From Balanoglossus misakiensis (taxonomy: Eukaryota > Animalia > Hemichordata): 64,000 nt of DNA. The notes under the pieces were generated by a model. That model ran no database searches, was not told the origin of the DNA, and worked only from the letters and a program-made list of their open reading frames with translations. The position numbers and the translations under genes are program-made. Below, piece by piece: positions 24,801 through 36,300 of this stretch. Location: positions 4,170,735 to 4,234,734 of the forward strand of contig CM082592.2 in NCBI GenBank assembly GCA_040954595.2, read 5' to 3'. Position 1 is the stretch's first letter; each line of letters begins with the position of its first letter.

Positions 24801-27191
24801 AACGACTCCCGCGAATTCTTCGGCACCGATGTCGCCGAGTTCTCTTCGGGCAGCATCCGGGTGGCCATCTTGCTCTACTTCGCCATCGACACCCTGATGA
24901 CCAGCCAGCGGATTGAGACAACAATAAAGGACGAGGTGCGCAGAGGGGCGGGTCTGGTTGTCAATTTGACCATCGAGAAGGACTCGGTCACAGTCAAAGG
25001 TATAGACCCACTTGCATGACCCCTATGTGACCTTACATCCTCGGTGGTATGGAGTTGTCAAAAATTCAACAATTTGGAACAAGAAAATGTTACTTGAAAA
25101 TTAAACGTGTCACCTTGGTAAATTCAGTACGTAGTTCTAGGAATACAATTGCAATTAAATTAGTAGGATTTTTCGTCAGACTGCAACCGAAAGTGTATTC
25201 TTATATATGGGGTCACTTTTACCCCTCCCCATTTATGAGATATATGTTGCTGTGTATCTTATCAAACCCCTGGCATGAGGAACAAACTAATTTTAAAACA
25301 ACCATTTCACTGCATTTTCATGAACAGAACACAACGACACGGCGTGCGATACTCCAGCGGGCAATGACTGTTCCCTTCACGCAGATTGCCTCGCCGTAGA
25401 CGTCAATGATTTCACGTGCGAGTGTTACCAAGGATACGAGGATGTTTCTTTCTCAAAACTTATTCGACCTGGAAGGAGGTGCACCCCCGAGGCACAGGGT
25501 AAGAAAATAATTTTTTTACCCGGTTTTAGAAAGAGTATAAACCTCAACAAATTCCTTAAAAGTCGGCGAGGACCTCTCTGATTTCCTTCTGTCTGTCTGT
25601 CTGTCTCTCTCTCTTTCTCCACCCACCTACCTCCTACCCACCTATCTACCTACCTACCTATCAATTTATCTTAATTAATTGATTAATTAACTAATTAATT
25701 TACACGTTGACTCAATCACTCACTATTTTTTTTTATTTCAGTTCAAGTCTATATGTTAGCGTTGGCGGTTTCCATAGGAACCACAGCAGTAGTCTTGTCG
25801 TGCTGTTTCGTCATTCTCCTACTTTACTTTTGGAAACTCCGGAAGTTCAAACAATCCCAACGAACTCGAAAACCTTTCATCGTGAGAAATAAACAATTTC
25901 GTGTCGATGGGGAACCGTTTCAAAAACATTCAACCGAAGAGTTGAGACTCGAAAGTGTAAACGTCAATGGCGAAAGTCTGGTACGTCTTCCCGGACTCGC
26001 GGACAATCGCCGTAGTGATCAAAAACGTCGTAACGACGAAGGGTCGCCGGAGGTGGGTGTCTTTTATTTATGTACTTAAACATAGAGAAGTTGGTTTAAA
26101 AACGAAAAATTTCACATATGAATATTCTTGAAAATATTGAGTCACCATTTACTGTATTCCTGCTGGTGGCAGAGTCGGGGGAAAATGGATATCCATGTGT
26201 GTGTTCCAAAAATGACGTAGTGGGGAGGGGGGGTCAGTGTTCATCGCCATGCCAATGAAAACGAGAAAAAAAAGGAGCCCCTCCCCCCCCCCCAAAAAAA
26301 AGCCCCATGGTGCACATAAAAGGATTATAACCACCTGTATCGGATACCCTGAACTCTGAGAAAATTGGTCACGTAACTTACAGATATATGGTTACCTATG
26401 CACATTTTAGATACAGTTACCATGACAAAGACAGATTTCAGTGGGTTAGCACACGCGAAAAAAAGAGCGCCACCATCAGTTCTTTCGAACACTCAGATGC
26501 GCCATTCTTGCCATTTATGGACATATGTAAAATTTAGGTGACCGTGTACCTTTAACAATGAAACAGATATCATTCACTGTCTTCAACCCTCGTTCTTTCA
26601 GAGAGATCTCCGCGGTGCAACGCCATATAACCCTAAACATTATTCAACTGAACCACAGACTGCGACTACACCAAGAAACAGTGACGATCTGTCGTCACTT
26701 CAAAGCAATTTCATCTTGCCTTATATGGCCAACGGCGATTACAAAGATCTTCAACCGCTAACGGTAAGTTAGACCCTACGCGTAAAAACACTGGTGTAGA
26801 TTTTAAAAAAATCACTCGCTCCAAGGGAAATTTAAACTCTAATTCTACAATCCCAAAGCAACAACTGATCATGATTGTAAGGTACGTATGGCCTATTACT
26901 CTATATCACTTAAGATATTTATATAATTACTATACACAGGAGAATAAGCTTGTCTTCGTAAAATAAATTTAAAGAAAAAATGTTGATTTGTTTTTATAGC
27001 AGGATCGGAAGGAAAGGTTTCGGAGACCGAGGCAAAGTGCGAAGCAAGCCTCCACGACCCAAAAGCAGAAACGAAAGCAATCAAAGAGCGCCATCAACGG
27101 TGGCGACGACAAACCGCTATCTACTGTATACAGGATTCCCAGAGTTCGTTTGGCGTCCAGCCCTACGCCAGGTTTCTCTTATCATCTGTAA
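21803..27191 (+). CDS. gene 3: transmembrane mucin-like protein, S/T-rich region, EGF, SEA, EGF, TM, cytoplasmic tail (~994 aa); exons 21803-21854 (tentative), 21916-23366, 23541-23715, 23819-23947, 24121-24248, 24786-24999, 25328-25498, 25742-26052, 26602-26763, 27000-27191
   Basis: Phase-consistent GT-AG chain. EGF CAISDRC...CVCKPGYYEVNGTC; SEA split over two exons (SFLTTLRI...YRDELTVPDSAYY; FSSGSIRV); second EGF NDCSLHADC...CECYQGYED...PGRRC; TM ALAVSIGTTAVVLSCCFVILLLYFW followed by KLRK; stop TAA 27189-27191. The first exon (MKLMTLLTMSGVTFSGQ) is uncertain. Confidence 0.85.
21945..22310 (+). repeat. 99-bp (33-aa) mucin coding tandem repeat, ~3.7 copies
   Basis: tcaacggaaat recurs at 21953, 22052, 22151 and 22250; peptide unit ~E(L/V)PSTEIxTTVAxxTTTETSPTLTVxGESSLDT. 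Confidence 0.9.
26382..26551 (+). mobile_element. diverged copy of the 15590 TTAA MITE
   Basis: AGATATATGGTTACCT...AGGTGACCGTGTACCT|ttaa; shared internal gttaccatg, gcacacgc and cgaacact motifs. Confidence 0.65.
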
Positions 27192-27849
27192 AGACAATGG
27201 GGCGAGAAGAAGAGGGGCGACGGACAAATGAAAGCAGATTTAAGCGTTTTTTCTCCACTGCCACACCAGGTCCACTGTTCACAGAGGATAAACCCGAGAA
27301 GACATGATTTGTAGTGATTGGGATAGTGACCAAGGGTACTGCCAAAAAGACATTACATTCATAATGATCATAAGCTGCCTAAAAATATATATCCAAATAA
27401 TTTATGAATATATCATATATAAAGTATTCTGATACATTTTGTTAATATTGTTTTATGAATGTCATCATCCAATGAAGAAGTGTGATTCTTGTATGTTATT
27501 TTCCAAGTTAAAATGCAATTTTGTTTTTACTTTGTCAAAAGTAATACTGCTCTCTCATTCAAAATGACCCCAGGTTTAATTCTCAGTAATAAGAGAGTAT
27601 AGTCTAAGTTGCCTTGAGCAAAATATGAGAAAAGGTTATAGCCTGATTTTCGGGGCGAAAACTACCTTGACACTAGTTACGTATTTTGAAGCAAACACAA
27701 CGGCTGTTTTATTTTAGTGCCGGCAGTAACAGTAAAAAATCGCGTCAAGGACACGGTGGTCCCATTGAGTGATTACACAAGAAAAAGTCTACACCGAAGT
27801 ACATGGCCATATACAGACAGACAGACACACACACACACATAGCGAGAGG

Positions 27850-29152
27850 TCAATGGGCAAACACTGACTGACCCATCAGCTGCCAATGGCATATGTACTG
27901 TACATACACTAAATAAAACAGCTGGCCTCTTTAAAACTTAGCCAGTTATGTAATCATTCAGGAATTTGCTGTGTTTATATGAATCACAGATCCTGCCTAA
28001 TTAAAACAACTCAATAAAGTAAATACACACCACTTTGCAAAGCAATCTGACCAGTAGTTCTTGAGTTACTGAGTTTTGACCAAATTCGCATTTTTTCAGC
28101 TAATTTGCATATTTTAGGCAATGACAACTTCATTTGAACAAACTCCCATCTACAGCCCAGCCTGCATCAGCACACTGAATATCAAGGTGATACACGCAGC
28201 GGTTTTCAAGTTTTTGATGTGGACGGACATACAGACATATATGCATACATACAGATGCAACCGATCCCATTGTTGTTGGGTCCCATTGGTATGTAAAATG
28301 GGACCCAACAACAATCTAATATCGGACTGTCGACACAGAGAACTGATGGCACGATGAATGCCAATATGAACTGTATAGCTCTCAAATCACAGCAAAAGAA
28401 GGTGATACAAAAGCTCGGGGAACATGTTGCGCTGACCTGCGTTAACAGATCCCGTGAGGAGTACGGTGCCCAGAGCGCTAACACATCCCCAATACGAACT
28501 CATGGACACAAACTATTTACATTTCTAGGTCCAAAACTTTAACTACAGTGAGACAACACTGTTAGGCTTATCTCACATTTAAATCAAGTATTGAAATGCA
28601 AAATAAAGTGTTAAAATGCAAATTAAGACCGACGGGAGTGGTTCTTCTTTTCTCCAATGAAGTTGAACTTTGCTCAATGGGCAAACACTGATTGACCCAT
28701 AAGCTGCCAATGGCATATGTACTGTACATACACTAAATAGAACAGCTGGCCTCTTTAAAACTTAGCCAGTTATGTAATCATTCAGGAATTTGCTGAATCA
28801 CAGAGGGGAGTTCCTGCCTAATTAAAACAACTCAATAAAGTAAATACACACCACTTTGCAAAGCAATCTGACCAGTAGTTCTTGAGTTACTGAGTTTTGA
28901 CCAAATTCACATTTTTCCAGCTAATTTGCATATTTTTGGCAATGACAACTTCATTTGAACAAACTCCCATCTACAGCCCAGCCTGCATCAGCACACCAAA
29001 TATCAAGGTGATACACGCAGCGGTTTTCAAGTTTTTGATGTGGACGGACATACAGACATACATCCATCCATACATACATACATCCATACATACATACAGA
29101 CGCAACAGATCCCATAAGGTCCCATGGTACATACCAATGGGACCCAACAACA
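27850..29152 (+). repeat. local direct duplication of ~450 bp (27850-28311 and 28674-29152)
   Basis: Near-identical blocks from tcaatgggcaaacactga to atgggacccaacaaca, with small indels and different (CATA)n lengths. Confidence 0.9.
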
Positions 29153-29669
29153 CCAAAACATGTGTTGAATATAAGCAATGTAACTTTTATTTACATTTTG
29201 ATACAATAAATTTCTTGATTTTTCCCAGGAGTGTCTGTCGTTGTATACTGTGATTAACTGTTGGCTGATTGCCAGATATGTGATCGTGATGCGGTCAGAT
29301 CAGCCAAATGAAGGATGGATTAAACTTGTCACCACTATGGTCCACTATGGTAAGGCTGGACCTCTATACATGTAGAGCTTAGGGAACTGGGTAACAGTTT
29401 GTCAGGTTGAACCTGATTTGGGTGAATTATCTCCAGGAAATATTTCTCACTGTTACGTTCTTAGCATGTTACCGTAGTCTGCTTCAAAGGCAGTCAAGTT
29501 GGCTCTCTGAATGTTCATGGAAGAAAACAGAACAGGCAACATTGACTAGTATCCATTCACACCTGGAACGGGTTTGTACAATGTAAGTGAACTTCATGCA
29601 AGAAGTGATTTGAAATCTCTCCTTTGAACCTGTGGCAAGCGAGGCATCCTAGACGAAACACTGATATTT

Positions 29670-29960
29670 AACCAATAACCCCCCACCACAGGCAGTATTC
29701 ACGATTTCGGTACAGTGTCACAGCATATAGCACAAGCTGTCAAGCGAGCGCCATATGCAGTGAATTGTACCCAAAATCGAGTGTATACCCAACTGCGACA
29801 GGAGTTATTGCTATTATATCAAAAAATTGATTCCATGGCATATCAAGGTCATTTTCTTAACAAAACAGCGTCAAAGTTAGCAGTGCTATATTGAGTGCTT
29901 TAGCATCGCTGGATTCAGCTCTCCTCCAATCAGAATGGCAGATGGTAGCATGATTATAAT
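29670..29960. repeat. diverged relative of the 20625 hairpin element
   Basis: caataacccc...cacgatttcggtaca / tgtacccaaaatcgagtg...gagttattgcta imperfect palindrome followed by ccaatcagaa. Confidence 0.5.
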
Positions 29961-30285
29961 TTATATTTGGGCTATCCCTTTGGTATGTAGTGATATGTAC
30001 ATGTATCACATCACCCTGTTCCATAGGACAGGATTCAGCAATATTATTCTCTCATTACTTTCTTAATGTTCATGTTATTGTTTAAAAAGTTTTGAAATGA
30101 TAAAAAAGACTCTTACACAAACATTAAATCTAGAAATATTTTTTCTATAAAAATAAACACAGTGGATGTGAGCCCGACCTTCCAAACTGAAGTGCACAAA
30201 GTCTGGTCAACTCATAAATAATTTTGTTTACAAAATTGAAAATAAAGTGTATTTCTCAGAGATGTCTGTAGTTGAATGTACTTCT

Positions 30286-31477
30286 TCAGGTGTTCATCCA
30301 CGGTCTTTCATCTCGTTGCTGTTTGCTGTATGCTTTCATGGCTTTCTTAGGGGGCACTAACGTATTCCCCAGGCCAGCGCGTTTCCTCTTCTGCGTCTGC
30401 GATGCCTCGTCCTCGTCGTCGCCGCCGCCGACGCTCTCCTCCGGCGCCTCGCCGTCAAACTGCGCGGCGTTAGCGCCAGTCCTGTTGGGGGCCGATTTGG
30501 GCGCGAGCGTCCTGCTGCTGCTGCCGTGCGTGAACTTGCACTTGTCGCCGAAGCGGCACTTGCCCTTGAGGAACTTGTAGCACACCTTCCGCTGCCTGGC
30601 CTCCTGCCTCTCCGCCGCGCTCATCTTCACGTGCTGCTCCAGGATGGAGGTCTTGGCGTCCTCCTGGTCCTTGAACGGGTTGGCGAAGATGGAGGAGCTG
30701 CACTTCCGCCGCGAGGGGTCCCCCCCGGCGCTGCTGCTGCTGAATATGTCCGGCAAGGGCAATTTTTCCTGCGACTCCCCCCGTGGAGACGTCTCAACTT
30801 CTGCGTCTTCTTCGCTCTCGTCATCCGAGTCCCTGCAACAGCTGGTCAACAGATTGACTCCCTCACCTTGGTACGACGTCCTTGGGGATGTCTCAAAATG
30901 GCATTCCCTGCAGAGAAGAAGCCACACAAAATTTATGCATGAGGGTCACTGATGCACAGAACATAAACCCAACCTGGTATCCATACTGTCCCTTTACTCC
31001 ATTGCAAACCACTAACAGCTCCAGTACATTTAGGGATGTTAGTGTATTGGGATAACGATTATACACCCAACCCCTCGATTGGGCTACCAAAAGCTTCTTA
31101 ATCTTTACCTCCATTGCTAACACGTTAGCTGCAGTACCGTAGCTCGAGGTTTTGTTTGGTGTTAGGAGGGGAGGGGTAGACGGCAAAACCGTCCTTCTCC
31201 AATCCAGAATAATTTTGAGCTACGGTACAGCAGATACACACATGTGCATGTGTAAATAAAAACGAGACTGCAATGCATGCCCATTGCAAACATTCGTTCG
31301 AACGACGGTATTTCAATGAAATTCTGATACATTTTATCAATCGTGCTGGTTCAAGAGTAATTTCTACTTTACAAATAATATTGCATACTTAACAGAACTT
31401 GAAGTCTCGTCGCTGCTGTCCGGGTCCGAATCGCTGGACGATGCCCCATAGTCCGCGACCAGCGCTAAAGACGCCAT
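30286..31477 (-). CDS. gene 4: small CCCH zinc-finger protein (~236 aa), probably nuclear/RNA-binding; exons 31477-31389 and 30907-30286 (alternative acceptor at 30832)
   Basis: Exon 1 MASLALVADYGASSSDSD... ends AA|gtatgc (phase 2) and fits the phase-2 acceptor ttcttctctgcag. Exon 2 contains C-x7-C-x5-C-x3-H (CYKFLKGKCRFGDKCKFTH), a basic KRKR NLS-like motif and GC3-rich codons; stop at 30288-30286. Confidence 0.85.
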
Positions 31478-33280
31478 TCTGAAAATAACCGAGCTGAAAG
31501 TAGGTCAAGATTGAGGGCGCTGTCGACAGCTTTCGCCGTCTTTGGTGATGGGGGGGTGGGGGATATTTTTTTATATAAAAAGGCTTTCGTACGGAAGCAC
31601 ACAGGGCCACTTTGTCAAGTAAATATTAAAATAAAATTATCCTAAATATGACTTTTGAAAATCTCGTCATTACGAATTCTCAAAACTTGCTTTTGCGCTG
31701 AGTCAGTATTTTTAAATTCGTAAACCTTAAACAGTCATTTGGCCTAAGACATTTTAAAACCCCGGTTATTATGGGTTTTAAAAAAGATGTTTTAAGTCGC
31801 ACTAATGAGTTTTAATTAGATAGGGCCGCGTTAATTGCTCATACTAGTCATAGTCATTCAAGTTCGAAACAGGCCAGAAGTCGGTTGCACCGTCTCAAAC
31901 GAAAGCCGCTTGTCTATCTGCCTTTTCCATAACTTTGTAGTATAGTCATTTTCGGCTTTTTAAAAGTCGCATACATGTATCATGTTGGGTTTTTTCTTTA
32001 TTTTTTACTTAACCACTTGAAATTGGCTTATGATATGGATTTGGCAAAATTTGAATCATCAGCTGCACCTTCCGATCTTTTTTCTATAGGTATAGCTAAT
32101 CCATCCAAAAGTAAGCTTTCAAAGCAAAGGAGCAAATTAGACTTTGCGTTTACTATCCGTCCAACAAGTTCCTGGGGTTGCCGGTGTATTATAAGGCTGC
32201 ATTCACAAACACCTCTGGAGGGGGGGGGGGCGGGAGAATTCAATTTTTTTTACCGCTAATTTTCACATGCCCCCCTTCCGAACTGCCAATATTTTCAAAT
32301 CCCCCCCTTCCGAACTGCCAAAATTTTGAAATCCCCCCCCCATTTTCTTTCACAGAGCAAAACACATCACCTATATATCTTGTAAAAAAGAAAAACAGCG
32401 CTCCCATGAAAAGAATTTGAAACTGATGTTTCCCCTCATCAGTGGGTATTAAAACTGAAAATTGTTTTTATTTTTTAAGTACATATATTTGTATTCTGTG
32501 TTGGGAGACTTTGTAAACCGAGAATTGAAGGGGGTGGGTTTGGGAGGGGGTGTCCCCCTCCCACGTAAGAAAATTTTCTAAAATACAGAGCTCAAAGCTG
32601 CATTTTAATGAACCCGGCAAAAGCAAATTAACTCAACTACCGGTATGTTGGGGAGGACAAATTTAACCGTCGGCGCTCAAAGTTATCATGGGGGACGGAG
32701 AGCAGCGTAGACCCAAACAGCGCATAAGTCCAGAGCTAGGGGTGGGGCAAGTCCCCTGACCTGGGACACTAGATAAACCAGTCAATGATTGAAAGGTGTT
32801 GATGAATGGAGGGGGTGGGTGTGGGAGGGGGTGTCCCCCTCCCACATGAGAAAATTTTGTAAAATAAAGGGCGCGAAACTGCATATTTGTGGACTCAAAA
32901 TAAATATTTAGTCGTTAAAGTTTTCAAGTCCCCCCCTTTCAGTCCCTAAATTATTTCAAATCCCCCCCCTCACATACCCTCAATTTTTTCAAATCCCCCC
33001 CCTCAATTCTCCCGCCCCCCCCTCCAGAGGTGTTTGTGAATGCAGCCTAAGCAAGCGGCGGCAACCCCGTGCTCGGGAACATGGGATCCGTCCCACGCAT
33101 CATATCGTCAGGGGTTTAGTTACCCACCATGCATTTCGAATTTCCTACCCGGAAGTGTCTGGTGAATGACCTTTTCATTCACCGGTTCGTGACGTGCAAC
33201 GTCGACAGCTAGCATCTCATCAGCTGGTACCGGACACAGAAGACGAGCGAGGGCAAGTTAGAAGCGAACACCAAGTCAAC
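31478..33280. promoter_or_regulatory. head-to-head promoter region of genes 4 and 5; ETS-type CCGGAAGTG at 33149-33157
   Basis: The divergent start codons are 1.8 kb apart, 853 bp of which is a MITE. The ETS motif is typical of housekeeping/bidirectional promoters. Confidence 0.55.
32195..33047 (+). mobile_element. non-autonomous PIF/Harbinger-type MITE, copy B (promoter of genes 4/5)
   Basis: Same TIRs; TSD TAA (32192-32194, 33048-33050); near-identical to copy A along its length. Confidence 0.9.
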
Positions 33281-33395
33281 ATGTCAGGCAGAGTGAGACA
33301 ACGGGCGTCGGCAAACCCTACCGACTCGGCCACAGTTACTGTCAACGAGCGAATTTTGAAAGAGTGCCATACACTGTACACTGACCCAGACCAAG
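33281..33395 (+). CDS. gene 5 exon 1 (MSGRVRQR...HTLYTDPDQ)
   Basis: caacATGT start; CAAG|gtaatg phase-1 donor matches exon 2. Confidence 0.8.
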
Positions 33396-36300
33396 GTAAT
33401 GTTTACTGTGCACGAGCTAAGGAAATATAATTTTTCATCAGATCCACCAGAAGTTGAATCATATCGATTCAGCGACCACAAACACGAATGAGGCCATGTT
33501 CATGTGACATGTGTAATATGGTCTATGAACGTGACATGGCTTATCAGTAGTAACAGTCAGTAATTTTCTTTCTCAACTGATCAAGTTTTTCTCAGACATC
33601 CATGTATGTTTCCCTTTCAATGACGTAACACGTGTACCGGCAAACGTGACCGGCAAAACGCAACGTGATAGACGTCGTTGATGGCGGGCTTCGTAATATA
33701 CCTGTAACAGTAATGTACATGCACTGCATGTCTATATTCTCGAAATGACAAATGGATAGTCTCCAACTAAAATTTCCAATTAAAATATAGCTAATCAGCT
33801 AATTACCACGAGTGATGTTGCAAAACAAATAAAAAAAACACAAAACAATAATTTAATTTTACCATAAACAATAATTTAATTTTACCATATTTTAGTGTAG
33901 TGTATTATTTCTCGATTCTTAAATATTTGTAGAGGCATTTCAAAGTTAGTAAAAGTTAGTAATATCAACACTAAATTATTGCATTCAAAGGTTTTAATTT
34001 ATTCATAGTAGACACTAGAAAAAGGAAGTGTGTATAGTTTGTTAGGCTGCAGTTTGTCACAAATGGACATATTAAATAATAACATTGGATGATATTAGTG
34101 ATATTTATTACACATTAAAATCCTAAAATTCAAAACTTTTAAAATGCTGATGGCATAAATAGCATAAATTTGTACAAACCTATTTGCATAATGTACAAGC
34201 TGTTCATTATGACTGATTTTAATTACAAGGTTACATAATTGCGTCATTACATAATCTTATTAGAGCTCTAACTATTTTGCCTTGCATATATGCTTTTACT
34301 TTTATTAGCAACTGTGTAATTTCTGTATAGGGGAGTGCAATGTGTGTGCATTAATTGCTTAGGCAGCTCACGTCAGATAGGCCATCCTTGAAAATCTGTC
34401 TGTCTTTTGGTAAGTCACATGAAGAAAAGTGTATAAAATAGAACAGGATACGTTTCTGGTAGTCTTGACAAACGTTACCTCATATTGTGCAACTACCGTT
34501 TATGGACTTGTAATGTCAATTTGGTTGAAACTGGTTTGATTGACATGGGGCCTAAACTTCTGGTACCCAGTGCAGGCCTGTAACGGACCATGTATGGCCT
34601 ATAAATGACCGTCCAGCCATATATGTACCAGTGAAAACCAGTGATATTTAGTGCATTTTAAGAAGGGGGGGGGGGGGGTTAAACTACCAAGCTGAGCCAA
34701 AGTGTGTAAGGCTCTGTAATGAGCCATGCATAGACATGCCAAATAAGTTAGTGGAAATAAAGCTCAATACCACGTGTGACTACTTGGCAAAGTGGCGCGG
34801 CGTAACACCCTTGGCTGGAGGCTGGGGATATTGAAAAGATTGGTCATGTTTAATGCATTCCATTGTTAGCTCTGTTCCAGGGCAGGGGATGTGTGGAGAC
34901 GGGCAACTGCAAGCAAGAAATCTGCTGCGTGGGGCGGTACACCTGTGCGAATACCCAGGTGCACAGTCTTGATAGACCCAACTTTTCTTTCATAATTGCA
35001 TCACTTTTTCTTTTGCCAGAGCTATATTTCCGCTCCACGAAAATGGGCAATACAGGTAGCTGTTGCTGTTAAGAGGCCTGTGGTTTTCGACGATGTTGTA
35101 TCGTGATAGCTACTTAACTAGCAAGGTTACTAGTACTACTCTTTCACCAAGCATCAGTTATTTTATAGCAAGCTTCGGAGAACTATGGCTGAACCGTAGA
35201 CGTATTACGACAGGAAACTTCATAGTGGACTCTGCAATGATCTGTGCGTCCCAGAATGATTTAGTACCATTCATGGCAGAAATTGAAGCACAATTTGATT
35301 CACTGTGAAGTGTAATTTCCTCTGAATCATAGACAGGGATCAATGCAAGCTCAGAGTGTGAGGGTCTGTTATACAGTTAATCAGAAATATGACTTGGTGG
35401 AGGAGGTGGCCGATGATCATGCAGAAGGTCAAGTGAAACGAGCCCCAAAGCGCTCTAATCAGAGTCATTATGTGACTCTAGGTCAGACAATCACCGACTG
35501 TCTGGGTAAATTTGCAAATCCCCGAAGTATTTCCTCGTACAAAGGCCAAGAAACTCATAAATGTCTGGTTTCATTCAGATGCCTATTTTTCATGCCTGTT
35601 TGCCTAGATCCGATTGCTTTCTGTTGCAAACTTTAAGATACATGCATGTAGGCTGAAAATTCAACAGAGTTTCGACTGAACTAATCTGCCAGTTGCTTGA
35701 AGGGCACACTGTGTCAATTGCCACCTGAACCCAACACGAGCAGTGCACATGGTGCCACCTCGATGCATGTGCACTGATCAACTGTTCAGTCTAGAGATCT
35801 GGTTGAGTTTGTCACTTGTTGGAGGGCCATTGAAAAGAGCAACATACATACATACATACATACATACATACATACATACATACATACATACATACATACA
35901 TACATACATACATACATACATACATACATACATACATACATACATACATACATACATACATACATACATACATTTTGTACATACATACATACATACATAC
36001 ATACATACATACATACATACATACATACATACATACATACATACATACATACATACATACATACATTTTGTACATACATTTTGTACATACATTTTGTACA
36101 TACATTTTGTACATACATACATACATACATACATACATACATACATACATACATACATACATACATACATACATACATACATACATACATACATACATAC
36201 ATACATACATACATACATACATTTTGTACATACATTTTGTACATACATACATACATACATACATACATACATACATACATACATACATACATACATACAT

